From the human T2T-CHM13v2.0 reference genome, Homo sapiens, in the NCBI RefSeq assembly GCF_009914755.1, contig NC_060929.1: 64,000 bases of DNA. The stretch is one strand, 5' to 3'. Below the pieces are notes generated by a model. That model searched no databases. It had not been told where the DNA came from and worked only from the letters and a program-made list of their open reading frames with translations. Positions within the stretch are counted from its first letter, which is position 1. Every line of letters begins with the position of its first letter. A program made the position numbers and the translations under genes. Positions 16,051 through 29,007 of the stretch are shown in pieces.

Positions 16051-16656
16051 CGCTTTATTAAAGTTTGTAAAACTGGGTTTAGAAGCAGTTCTTTAAGAAA
16101 ACCTCTGAACACTATGACTGTTTCCCTGTAAGCTGAAGGCGTGGGTCGCTGTTTTGGGTGGAAATAGGTGGGGCTGGCTCATGCTCTGGGGAGGAGGGAT
16201 TTGAAGACACAGCTTATGGAAGGTTCCTGTGGGTCTCCTTAGGGAAATGGGGAATGTCCATGTTCCCACCCCCAAGAGACACAGTCTGGAAGAAGACAGG
16301 AAACAGACAGATTGGCTACAATCCGCAATGTGGGCTCCAGGCCCTTGTGAGCTGAGAGGAGGTGAGAAGAGGGGAAGGGAAGACAGAGAGGAGCTGCGGG
16401 CACGTGGGCGGGATGACGCCTGCACTGAGGAAGGCCAGAACCCCAGACAACGACATCTTTTTGGGTTCTGCTGTGACTCCCTACAGGAACCCCAGACCTC
16501 CAGGAAGCCCAGTGACACGGTGGCCTTCACTGTCCCCCGACAGCCAGGTGTCCACGAACCCTCATCTGGTGGCCTTTGTGACAAAGGAAAGTGGGCTGGC
16601 TGTGAAATAACAGCAAATGGATAGCAAGTGTCAGAAGAACTGTATTCCCACACCCA

Positions 16657-16790
16657 TGCACACACACACACACACGCACACACACACACGCACACACATG
16701 CACCCGCAAACACACGCATGCACATGCGCACACATGTACACGTGCACACAGAGACACACACACATGCAAACACACACACACACGCACACG
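16657..16790. repeat. Imperfect (CA)n microsatellite
   Basis: CA run interrupted by CG/TG. Confidence 0.95.
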
Positions 16791-17436
16791 CAGGAACTCC
16801 AACCTCCCCTTCCCACTTTGTCAAAAGCGAGCTGGATGAGAAGCCTGGGAGGTTTGAGTTCTGTCTCCATGACCATAAGTCTGCAGCCACACAATTGTGT
16901 GATGGGTTGTGTGATCTTCCTGACAAGGAACCAGTTGAAGGATGCTGACTGGGAAGCCGTGCACGCGACCGGCCGTCAGGATGTGCCCGAGGTAGGAGCA
17001 GCCCTTCCGGGTTGACTGGGGCTGGAGACGCCCAGCTCGCCCCGCCCTGGCAAAGCCCAACACTCCTCTGGCCTGACTTCGTAATGACAGGGGATTGGGG
17101 TGCACAGCCAGCAGGTGCCCCCACATTGCAGGGAGGATTCAAAGCAAAACCACTTCAGTTTGCTTCCAGGAAGGGGTGAGCGAGTCGACTCCAGGCTGTC
17201 AAGGGCAGCAGCTGTGGCTGGGACCCTGGATGGTGCTGGTCCTCCTGCGGTGGAAGCAATCCAGGAGATGCTGGGTGCAGTGCAGGGCCACCGCACAGGG
17301 AGGTGGGCAGAGGCGGGCAGAGGTGGGCAAAGGTGGACAGGGCCCCACCCTTTTCTCCCTCCTTTCTTTGCTTTTCTCCTTCTGAGCTTCCTGATCATTT
17401 ACAGCAGGAACTGTCTTCCTGATGACCTCACTCCCA

Positions 17437-17490
17437 CCCCAGTGCCTGGTATACAGTGGGCGCTCAATAAATGTTGGTGGAGTGAATGGT
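17437..17490 (+). mobile_element. L2 3' terminal fragment
   Basis: cagtgcctggtatacagtgggcgctcaataaatgttggtggagtgaatg matches the L2 3' end. Confidence 0.65.
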
Positions 17491-19283
17491 CACTGGCAAG
17501 GGCAGAGGCCATAAAGAGGAGAGATTTCGGGCCTCAGCCAAGAGCTCCTGGCCACCGTGGGGCCTCCTCGCTCACCGCACAGGTCCTCCCACCCAACCTG
17601 GGCAAGGGATTGTGGTGTGAGTGTGGACGAGGCCTGGGCATCCTGAGACTTCTCAAGTTCCCATTTCCTCAGCTGGCACAGAGAAGCCAACTCTGTGAGG
17701 GCCCCAGGGCTCAGTATTCACCTTCTGAACTTGGGGGAAGAAAAACCAGTCCAGGTTACATCCAAGGAGCACTCGTTGAGACACTTGGTCTGGGAGGACA
17801 GTGCTAATCAAAGCCTCACGTCCCTGGCAGTGCAACTCCACAACTGCTCAGCCCCACACAGACACAACATGTGGGCGGGTGATTCGGTTTTTGCGGAATT
17901 GACTTTGTGTGTGGATGTCATGGAGACACTTCCTGGCGGGCGCCGAGAGAAAGGGGCATTGTTCTTCCCGCCGGAGAAAGGAGGGCACTGGGGGAGCCTT
18001 GGGCAGTCCCCTCTGTGGCCAGAGAAAGAGGCTGGGAGGCGTCCCGGGGGCCTCTGAGGCTGGGCGATTTGGGGTGCCAGAGACCGCTAAAGCAGCGGCC
18101 CACTGCCCAATTTATGTGTGCGCTAAATCACGACCATGATTTCTGCGTGTTTTCTAGAATAGTAGCCAGTCACAAAACACAGGACATGGTCTCATAACGT
18201 TCCAGATTCTAAACATTTACAATCAATCTCTATGCTTTTTAACAAATATCTCAAAATCAGACTCATCTTTTCAACATATTTTTAGTGTTCTGGTTTCCGT
18301 TTCTGTTTAGGCACATTTGTCACGGCAAAGCCTGGAGCTGCACTTATCAGAAACGTCTAAAAATTCAGAAGCTGACTGCTTTTAAAAGTAGCAGAACTAA
18401 AACAAAAACCTAAACACTAGGTTGTTACATTTTGGGAGGTGTCTCCATGTGGACTCCTAAATTATTGTCTGAGGTCTGCTTACTCCAAGAGGCATTTCTC
18501 TTTTCAGAAAATTAAAAACATTAAGTACTCCATCCGGACACAAAGCGTCTCCATATGACAGAGTTTTGTTACTGTGGGGAGAGGACAAAGCACCAGCCAC
18601 ACCCCTCATTCCACAGCCTTTCCCAACCCTCCCCTCGAGATGAAACACTGGCCATCTGCAGCGCTTCACCTCTGAGCTGGAAAGAAGCTTGTTTCTTTTG
18701 CTTTGATGAGGTTCTGCTGGTTTTGGCGGGACTTTGAAGTTTATTTATTGTCATTAAATTGCATTAATTATTTTTGAAGTTTATACTTTTGTTCACAACT
18801 CTTAAGACTTTGTGAAGTGCATAAAATAAGCGTAAATTCAAAAAATTCCAAGAAATGGATCCAACAGTTACTTTTAATTGGCAGCAGAATATGGCCCCCA
18901 ATTTATTACAAACTTACATGCAATGGTTTAGAACTAATTTTAACTTCCCCTTGAAGTTGGAATTCAAAACCTCACTGGTGGCTTGACATGGTATTAATCA
19001 AGGAGAATGTTTGTTTCATAATTTGAAACAAGAACCTGGATCTTTTATGAGGTCCAACATTATTTCCATATGAGGGGGCAGAGTGGGAAGAAGGCAGCTG
19101 GAACAGACGCCAGGGCCCAGCCAGGATCTGGGGCCCTCTTGATCTCCCTCATTATCGGAGCTCCTTCTCCCAGGGCCAGCCAGGGGCGCCACACAGCGCA
19201 GCCTTTTGCCTGGGGTCAGAGAAAGCTTATGGGCCAGGGCAACAACAAAACCACTTACCACCGCCAGATCGCATTCCCCCCAG

Positions 19284-20052
19284 CAGAGACCCCAGCCTGC
19301 TTCAGCCCCACCCCGAGCAGAGACCCCAAGACCCCGGCCTGCCTCAGTCCACCTGTCCAGAGACCCCTGCCTGCCTCAGCCCCACCCCGAGCAGAGACCC
19401 CAAGACCCCGGCCTGCCTCAGTCCACCTGTCCAGAGACCCCTGCCTGCCTCAGCCCCACCCCGAGCAGAGACCCCAAGACCCCGGCCTGCCTCAGTCCAC
19501 CTGTCCAGAGACCCCTGCCTGCCTCAGCCCCACCCCGAGCAGAGACCCCAAGACCCCGGCCTGCCTCAGTCCACCTGTCCAGAGACCCCTGCCTGCCTCA
19601 GCCCCACCCCGAGCAGAGACCCCAAGACCTCGGCCTGCCTCAGTCCACCTGTCCAGAGACTCCTGCCTGCCTCAGCCCCACCCCGAGCAGAGACCCCAAG
19701 ACCCCGGCCTGCCTCAGTCCACCTGTCCAGAGACCCCTGCCTGCCTCAGCCCCACCTCGAGCAGAGACCCCAAGACCTCGGCCTGCCTCAGTCCACCTGT
19801 CCAGAGACTCCTGCCTGCCTCAGCCCCACCCCGAGCAGAGACCCCAAGACCTCGGCCTGCCTCAGTCCACCTGTCCAGAGACCCCAGCCTGCCTCAGCCC
19901 CACCCCAAGCACAGATCCCAAGACCTCGGCCTGCCTCAGTCCACCTGTCCAGAGACCCCAGCCTGCCTCAGCCCCACCCCAAGCACAGATCCCAAGATCC
20001 CTGCCTGCATCAGCCCTACCAGTCCAGAGCCCCCGGCCTGCTTCAGCCCACC
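19284..20052. repeat. 74-bp minisatellite (40+34 dimer), ~10 copies
   Basis: agaccccaag at 19321 and 19395; unit cagagaccccaagaccccggcctgcctcagtccacctgtc + cagagacccctgcctgcctcagccccaccccgag. Confidence 0.97.
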
Positions 20053-21206
20053 CGTCCCCTTCACTGCATTGGTCTCCATTCCTTTCTCCACAGCTTCCCA
20101 GCACTCCTGTGCCAGGGCCTTTCCCCAGCTCCAGGCCCAGCTGCAAGTGAGGTCCAGGCCTCCCTCGGCCCGTGCCATGGAGAGAGGCAGTAACCTGGCG
20201 AGGATGCCCGGGTGTGGAGGAGGGACCTGGGCTGGGGCTGTGTTGTGGGGAGGGGCCGGGGATGCCCCCTAGCGGACTGGGATGGTGTCTCTGATGCAGA
20301 GATGTTGGGGGAGGTGGTCGCAGAGGTAGAGGGAGGGTAGAGGGAGCTGGAAACGGGGAGGGGAAAGGCCCCTCGCACTGGGTGCCCGCCCTGCAAGTGT
20401 TGTGCTGGCCAGGATGAGAAGCTGTGGCCACTCAGCAGCCCTGGAGCAGGCCATCGGGGAATCTCCAGGGAGGGGCTGGCAGGCAGAGGCCCAGAGGCAG
20501 GACCTGCAGCTCGAGTTGAATGGGCAGCAGGGCCACAAAGACGCCAAGGCCGGGGCACTGTGGGACCCCTGCCCGCAAGGAAGGGGGGCGCCATGTGGGC
20601 TGCGCGGGGCTGGGTTTTGCTGTTTTGGCCCATGCTTTCCCTGTGCCTCTGCCTGTTCAGAGCCCCTGGCGCCCTGGAGGAAGGTCTGCGGGCAGCAGGG
20701 GGACCTGGATGGCTGGGGGTGGAGTGGGAGGGGAAGGTGGGGTCCAGGGTTTTCCTCCTAGTCCAGGGAGTTGGCCGCGGGTTTGGAGGACAGAGCCCTG
20801 ACAGGGACGTGAGGCATTGGCTGTGAGCTCGAGGGGACGTGCTCATGGGCGCCAGGGCAGAGACAGAGGAGGCTCAGAATTGGAGTCTGGGGCCTCTGGG
20901 AGGGGAGCTGGCTGGTGAAGTGGTCCAGGGTGAGGGCGGGGGCATGGCAGCAAGCAGAAGGACCCCTTTCCACTGACCCACGCCGCTCGTCCACAGCAGA
21001 GGCTCGGACCCCATTCCACGTGGGAGGTGGAACATGCTGGGGGGGACAGCAGCCCAAGTGGGGACAGAGGGGGGTCCAGCAGCCTTGCCCCACCCCACCC
21101 CCCACCGGATCCCAGGGGTCCAGCAGTCCCCTTGCCTCTGACCAGATCGCTGGGTCCAGCAGCCCATCATCTGCATCACAGGGGCAATGTGTGGTTTTTA
21201 GGTTTT

Positions 21207-21568
21207 GGTGTGTGTGGTGTGTCTGTGTGGTGTGTGTGTGTGTGTGGTGTGTGTTTGTGTGTCTGTGTGTGTGGTGTGTGTGTAGTGTGTGTTTGTGGTG
21301 TGTGTGTGGTGTGTGTGTGTCTGTGGTGTGTGTGTGGTGTGTCTGTGTGGTGTGTGTTTGTGTGTCTGTGTGAGTGTGGTGTGTGTGTGGTGTGTTTGTC
21401 TGTGTCTGTGTGGTGTGTGTGATGTGTCTGTGTGGTGTGTGTGTGGTGTGTGTGTGTGTGTGTCTGTGTGGTGTGTGTGTAGTGTGTGTGGTGTGTGTGT
21501 GTGTGGTGTGTGTTTGTGTGTCTATGTGTGTGTAGTGTGTGGTGTGTATGTGTCTGTGTGTTTGTCTA
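21207..21568. repeat. Long compound (TG)n/(GGTGTGT)n microsatellite
   Basis: About 360 bp of almost only G and T. Confidence 0.97.
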
Positions 21569-23533
21569 TGCACATTTCTTTGGTCCTGGCCTTTTTTAAT
21601 GATGGCAACAAACTTTACGAGAGTTTAGTCTTCATCTTTCTTTCTTTCTTTTCATATCTCTTGCAGCTTTTCCTGGATTTGTTTTTCTTTTCATTTTGAG
21701 GTTTTCTCCATAAATGTTTTCATTGTGGGTTTTGTTGGCAAGTCTTCTGAAGGCTTATGAGACTATTTTTATTATACCCTCAAAATACTTCTTTCTTTCA
21801 ACTATTGTATTTTTTTACAGCCATTATTTCCACTTTGTTCTTTTTTCAGGACATTTTTCTTTTTCACACCGCTAACATCTTTTCTTATCATGTTAAATAT
21901 GAGCATCCTACTCATGTTAAGTCATGTGTCTATTCTAACACACCTGCTTCAGATGTCTGTCATACACCTTCCAGTTTGTGGCTTTTTCTTTTGTGATATT
22001 TAAATTGCTTGGGCGTTTAGTTCCCTTCACCCAAGAGCTCACCTTCCTCTACAAGTGGGTTTAATCACCTCTGGAGGAAGATACATCCTCCACAACTTCT
22101 ATTTTCATGCATAGCATCCAAAATACAAACTTCTGGCTATGCCAAAGACCACAAGGCCAATCACCAAGAGACAAAAAGGAAATATAAACAGAACTGAATA
22201 GGAGCAGATGTTGGACTTACCAAATATGATTTTAAATTAACTTTAGTTAAAATCACATGACAATATGAACAATACTACAGGATAACTGAAGTCTTTTGTT
22301 TTTTGAAAATCAAATGGAAATACTAGAACTAAGAACTGTATTAACTGAAAGTACTTAAAAGATGGGGTTAGCAACTGATTGAACATCAGAATAAAGATCA
22401 GTGAACCAGAAGCTAGGTAGGTAGAACACATAAAGAATAATGCAATCAAAACTAAAAGGAAAAAAGTAGAAAAAAGGGCGTGACAACGTATGAGACATGA
22501 TGCAAATGCATGACATGTATGGACTGGAGTCCCAGAAGAAGAAGAGAGAGAATGAGGGAGAAGAATATTTAAAGAAACACTGGTTAAGACATTCCCAAAA
22601 TCAATGAAAGACATCAGACCACATATCTATGAAGCTCTGCAAACATGAAGCAAAATGAATGCAAAGAAAACCACGCCTGGGCATCTTACAGTCAAAAATA
22701 AAAAGGAAGAGAAAAATTGTGACAGTAAATAGGCTGATGTTTTACTTCTCAACAGAAAATAATGGAAGCTGAAAGACAACTGAATGATGTATTTTTAAAT
22801 TCTGGGGTTAAAAATAACAGCTCACCTAGAATCTTATATCCAGTTAAAATATTTTTATGAAAATAAACATGAACTGAAGATGTATTCAGATGAAAAGTTT
22901 GAGGGAATTTATCACCACTAATCTTCACTAAAATAAATGTAAAGGAACTTTTTCAGGCCAAAGGCAAATTATCCAAAAATATCTTGTTTTCAAACACAAG
23001 AAAATAGGAGAAAATTTGAAAATCAATAGAAAAGGTAAACTTGTGGGCAAACCCACTGAAAACAATAAAAATAATGATATATTGTAGAATTAAATATGCA
23101 TACAATTAGGATACAGAAAAATGATGCAAAAGCCAGGATAGGAAAATGAGGTTAAAGAATTATAACGTGCTTGCATCCAGGAGCAAGTGTGCTAAGTCTG
23201 ATACATCACCAATGCAGGTGAGGAGTCATTAAGAGAATGATTTAAAATGCACATGACTAAAAGCTTAGTGGAGAAAAATAAGAAAAAGTATTAACTCATC
23301 AAAAACTAACAGGAAAAGATGAAAACCAGCTAATGAGGTCACAATGAAGAAAACTGTAATGGGGTAAATCTAAGCACAGAAGTATCGTTAATTAATGTAG
23401 TCATATAAATTACACAAATACTCCAACTAAAAGACAAAGATTGTCATGCTGGATTATAAAAATAAAACAAAACAAATGATATGTTCCTTTAGATGGTACT
23501 CGGTAGTGCAGGTGCCTAAAGGCAGAAGGATAG

Positions 23534-24042
23534 TGCCGAGACCAGCTCGGTCGGGGAGACCCTAACCCAGTGGCGCTAGAGGAATTAAAGACGCACACAC
23601 AGAAATACAGAGGTGTGAAGTGGGAAATAGGGGTCGCACAGCCTTCAGAGCTGAGAGCCCCGAAACAGAGATTTACCCACATATTTATTAACAGCAAATC
23701 AGTCATTAGGATTGTTTCTATAGATATTAAATTAACTAAAAGTATCCCTTATGGGAAACGAAGGGATGGGACGAATTAAAAGAATAGGTTGGGCTGGTTA
23801 ACTGCAGGAGGAGCATATCCTCAAGGCACAGATCGCTCATGCGATTGTGGCTTAAGAATGCCTTTAAGCGGTTTTCCACCCTGGGCGGGCCAGGTGTTCC
23901 TTGCCCTCATTCCTGTAAACCCACAACCTTCTAGTGTGGGCGTTATGGCCATTATGAACATGTCACAGTGCTGCAGAGATTTTGTTTATGGCCAGTTTTG
24001 GGGCCAGTTTATGACCAGATTTTGGGGGGCCTGCTCCCAACA
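23534..24042 (-). mobile_element. MER9 solo LTR (HERV-K HML-3)
   Basis: Reverse complement runs TGTTGGGAGCAGGCCCCCCAAAATCTGG...CCGAGCTGGTCTCGGCA, matching the MER9 termini; 5-bp TSD gatag at 23529-23533 and 24043-24047. Confidence 0.9.
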
Positions 24043-24271
24043 GATAGGAAAGGTGTCTCATGCAAACAGAAAACCAGCAGAATGTTTGGGAAAAATGATC
24101 AACAAATTTGACTTGGTCAGCATGGACAGAGCCCCGTGCATGAGGACTGACTTCAGCCTATGAATTTCTCCAAGTAGACAAGGAACATTACCAAAACTAA
24201 TGGCCCATTGGATCATTAAAGAGTCCCCCCAAAATTGGTGGTGTTGAAAACATACAGAACATAGTTTCTGA

Positions 24272-24488
24272 CCTGGATTCCATCCAAGCCATGAGGGGTT
24301 TTATGCCCTGGGCTTAGATTATGGTGCATCAGGGTAGGCTTCCACTCTTTAGCACAGAGCTCGGTGTTCCAAAGGCCACGAGGAGTTTTAGATCCTGGAC
24401 CCCGGACATGTTCCAAGACTCTTTTACATTATGTCAGACATGCAAGCCCTGCCTCAGCTTCTCCCAACACTCAGCTTTTCTCCCAACA
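24272..24488 (-). mobile_element. Truncated ERVK LTR (LTR14-family-like), 5' ~217 bp only
   Basis: Reverse complement starts TGTTGGGAGAAAAGCTGAGTGTTGGGAGAAGCTGAGGCAGGGCTTGCATG, resembling the HERV-K(C4)/LTR14-type U3; exact subfamily uncertain. Confidence 0.7.
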
Positions 24489-24934
24489 TTAACTATATCA
24501 AAAATGAAAATGGAGACATCACTAAAGATCCCACAGATACTAAGTTAATAATAAAAGAATATGCTGAACAATTTATGCCAATAAATTTGACAATTTAGAA
24601 AAATTGAACAAACTCTGAAAAACACAACTTGCCAAAACTGATGCAAGAAAAATTTATGAGTCCTGAACAATCTTATTTAAAATGTTCCCACAGAGAAAAC
24701 TTCAGGTCCAGTTGGCTCCACCAGCAAACCATTCTTCCAAACGTTTGTGGGAGAAAAAACACCAATCTTACACAAACTCTTCCAGAGAAGAGAAAAAATG
24801 ATTAATGCTTTGCAACTTTATTTAAAAGACTAGCCTGACTTTGTGATTAAAATGTGATGAGATCATTGCAAGAAAGAAACATTACAACAATCTCTGACAT
24901 GTGCATGGACCAAGTATCCTCTAAAAATGAATGA

Positions 24935-25447
24935 ATTGCTGATAAATGAATTCAGTGAAGTCTCAGGTTACAAAATCAATGTACACAAATCAGTAGCACC
25001 GCTATACACCAACAATGACCAAGCTGAGAATCAAATCAAGAACCCGAGCTCTTTTACAATAGCTGCAAAAAGTAAAATAAAATAACTAGAAATAACTTGA
25101 CCAAGAGGTGAAATATCTCTACAAGGAGACCTAGCAAACACTGCTGAAAGAAATTGTATATGACACAAACCAACGGAAATACATCCCATGATCATGGATT
25201 GGAAGAATCAATATTGTGAAAGTGACCACACTACCCAAAGCAATCTACAGATTCAATGCAATTCCTATGAAGATACCAACATCGCTTTTCAAAGAATTGG
25301 GAAAACAATCCTAAATACCATGCTGTTTTGGTTACCATAGCCTTGTAAGATAATTTGAAGTCAGGTAATGTGATTCCTCCAGCTTTGTTCTTTTTGCTTA
25401 GGATTACTTTGGCTATTCAGGCATTTTTTTATTCTATGAATTTTAGG
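24935..25447 (+). mobile_element. L1PB/L1PA-like ORF2 fragment with an inverted terminal segment (25316-25447 on the minus strand)
   Basis: gataaatgaattcagtgaagtctcagg...aaaacaatcctaaa, then taccatgctgttttggttacc...aattttagg, which is the reverse complement of the next part of ORF2. Confidence 0.8.
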
Positions 25448-25697
25448 GAGGGAGGGGAAGGAGGGAAGGAGGAAGGGAAGGAAGGAAAGAAGGAAGGAAG
25501 GAAGAAAGGGAGGGAGGAAAGAAAGAGAGAGGGAGAGAAAGAAAAGAAAGAGAAAAGAAAAAGAAAGAGATGGAAGGATGGAAGGAAGGAAGGAAAGAAA
25601 GGCAGAAAGATAGGAAAGAAAAAAAGAAAGGAAGAGAGAAAGAGAGAAAGAAAGAGAGAAAGAGAGAAAGAAAGAAAGAGAAAGAAAGGGAAAGAAA
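25446..25697. repeat. Polypurine (GA-rich) low-complexity tract
   Basis: About 250 bp of GGAA/GAAA/GAGA with very few pyrimidines. Confidence 0.97.
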
Positions 25698-25889
25698 TCA
25701 TTCCAGTCAAAAGCCCCGTGTTAGAGATCAGCCGGTGGTTTCTGCTTACCTGAACTATAACCATGTACACTGAGATGGACTTTGGTTTGCTTGAGTTGAA
25801 ACCCAAGGCGCTGGGGTCATCTCATTCTAATGATCTCCCAATTATTTTAACCTGTGTGTGTGTTTACTATGTGCACACACACAAGCACA

Positions 25890-26620
25890 ACTAAGAACTC
25901 AAATTCAGAATAAAGAAATTCTACAAATCAATAAAAGACAAAAACCCAATTTTTGAAAACGCAAAGACAGTATCCAAATTGCCAATAAGCATATACAACC
26001 GTGCTCAACTTCAATGATTGCGGGAGCAACGAGTATCAAAAACACAATAAAATACCAATATACACCCGACAAAATGGCTAAAATTTACAGCTGACAATTG
26101 CAAGTGGTGGCAAGGGTGTGGGGCAACTGGAACTCCCATAGACTGTTGGAGAGTGTGAGTTGGCACAGCCACTCTGAAAAGCTGTTAAGCCCTGTTTGAT
26201 AAAGCTGAGCATGTGCATACTCTATAACCCAGCACTTCAAATCCAGTGTATGTTCCACATCTGTACAAGAATTCCATCTGCCACAAAGTACACATGAGGC
26301 TGTTTGTGACACCCTTACTCACAACAGGTAAAAACTACTGTGATTAACAGAACGGATAATAAACTGCGTTCACATAATGGAATACTATAAGGCCGCTTAC
26401 ATGAATGAAACAGTGCTGTGTTCAACAGCATGGGTGAGTTTCACACTTATATGAAGTTCAAGAAGAGCTGAAGGTAATCTGTGTGTTAGAAGAGGGGTTG
26501 TGGAGCCTTATGGGGTGGAGGTTTCTGGGGGCTGGGATTGTTCTATGTCCTGGTCTTGGAGGTCTCGATGCTGTAACAATTCACCATAATTTTCTTATTC
26601 ATATTATACTTCAAAAAATT
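25890..26620 (+). mobile_element. Old L1M (L1ME/MD-like) 3' part
   Basis: ctacaaatcaataaaagac..., ggcaagggtgtggggcaactggaactcccatag..., ataatggaatactata. Confidence 0.6.
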
Positions 26621-26684
26621 GCCTAAAAACAATAAAAGGGTTAGGAAACTAAATAAATCAAATTTAATTTAAAAATAAATTCCT

Positions 26685-27623
<939 letters not shown>

Positions 27624-28229
27624 TCACCCTCCCCCTCTACCCGACATCCCTTTTCATTCTCAGGGGAAGCACCCTGGCCCCTCTTTGGCCTGGGCCCCCT
27701 GGGATGGGCTGCCTGGCGCAGCTGCATCCTGTAGGAGTCAGTGGGCGGCTGGGGCTCCGTGTCTTCCTGGGACTTCTATTGAAGGCATTTTGAGGAGGTT
27801 GGAAGATAAGTGTCTAGTTAGGCATTAGAGAGAAGTCTCCCTTCACAGTGGCAAAGTTAGGCTGTGTGTCTTTTCCTGTCTTGGGAGTAGCCGCTCTTGC
27901 CCCAGCTGCGGATGCTGGGTGTGAGCAAGGCTTTCAGGCTGGCCATGGGCTCCTTCCAGGCTTGAGCTGTGTCCCCTGAAGCCAGGGGGAGCCATTGACC
28001 TGCGGCCTCCCAGAGCAGGGGCACGAGGTCTGTCGCTGGACTTTCCAAGTCGACTTCCTTCTTTTGTCCTGCCAATTTTCTAAAGAAGAAAGCTGCCTTT
28101 TCTCTGGAGGCTGGCAGGAGCCATCTGGGAGAATGAAATACAGCCTCTTCCTCTTTGTCTTTAACTTCCCTTCAAAGCTGAGCGAGAAAAAAAAGATGAC
28201 TTGGTCTGGGGTCCTTGGTGGCATCAAGC

Positions 28230-29007
<778 letters not shown>

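Larger units (their letters stand above)
22090..24930 (+). mobile_element. Ancient L1M (ORF1 to ORF2 remnants) hosting two ERVK LTRs
   Basis: ggagtcccagaagaagaagagagagaatg...aagaatatttaaaga (ORF1); aaatactccaactaaaagacaaagattgtca (EN); atgccaataaatttgacaatttaga (ORF2). Confidence 0.7.

Noticed and set aside
14251-17142. Two 349-aa minus-strand ORFs
   Set aside because: No recognisable homology; one crosses a (CA)n tract
19070-20272. 400-aa and 314-aa Pro-rich ORFs
   Set aside because: Produced by the stop-free 74-bp minisatellite
25355-25806. Lys/Glu/Arg-rich and Phe/Leu/Ser-rich ORFs
   Set aside because: Translations of the polypurine tract
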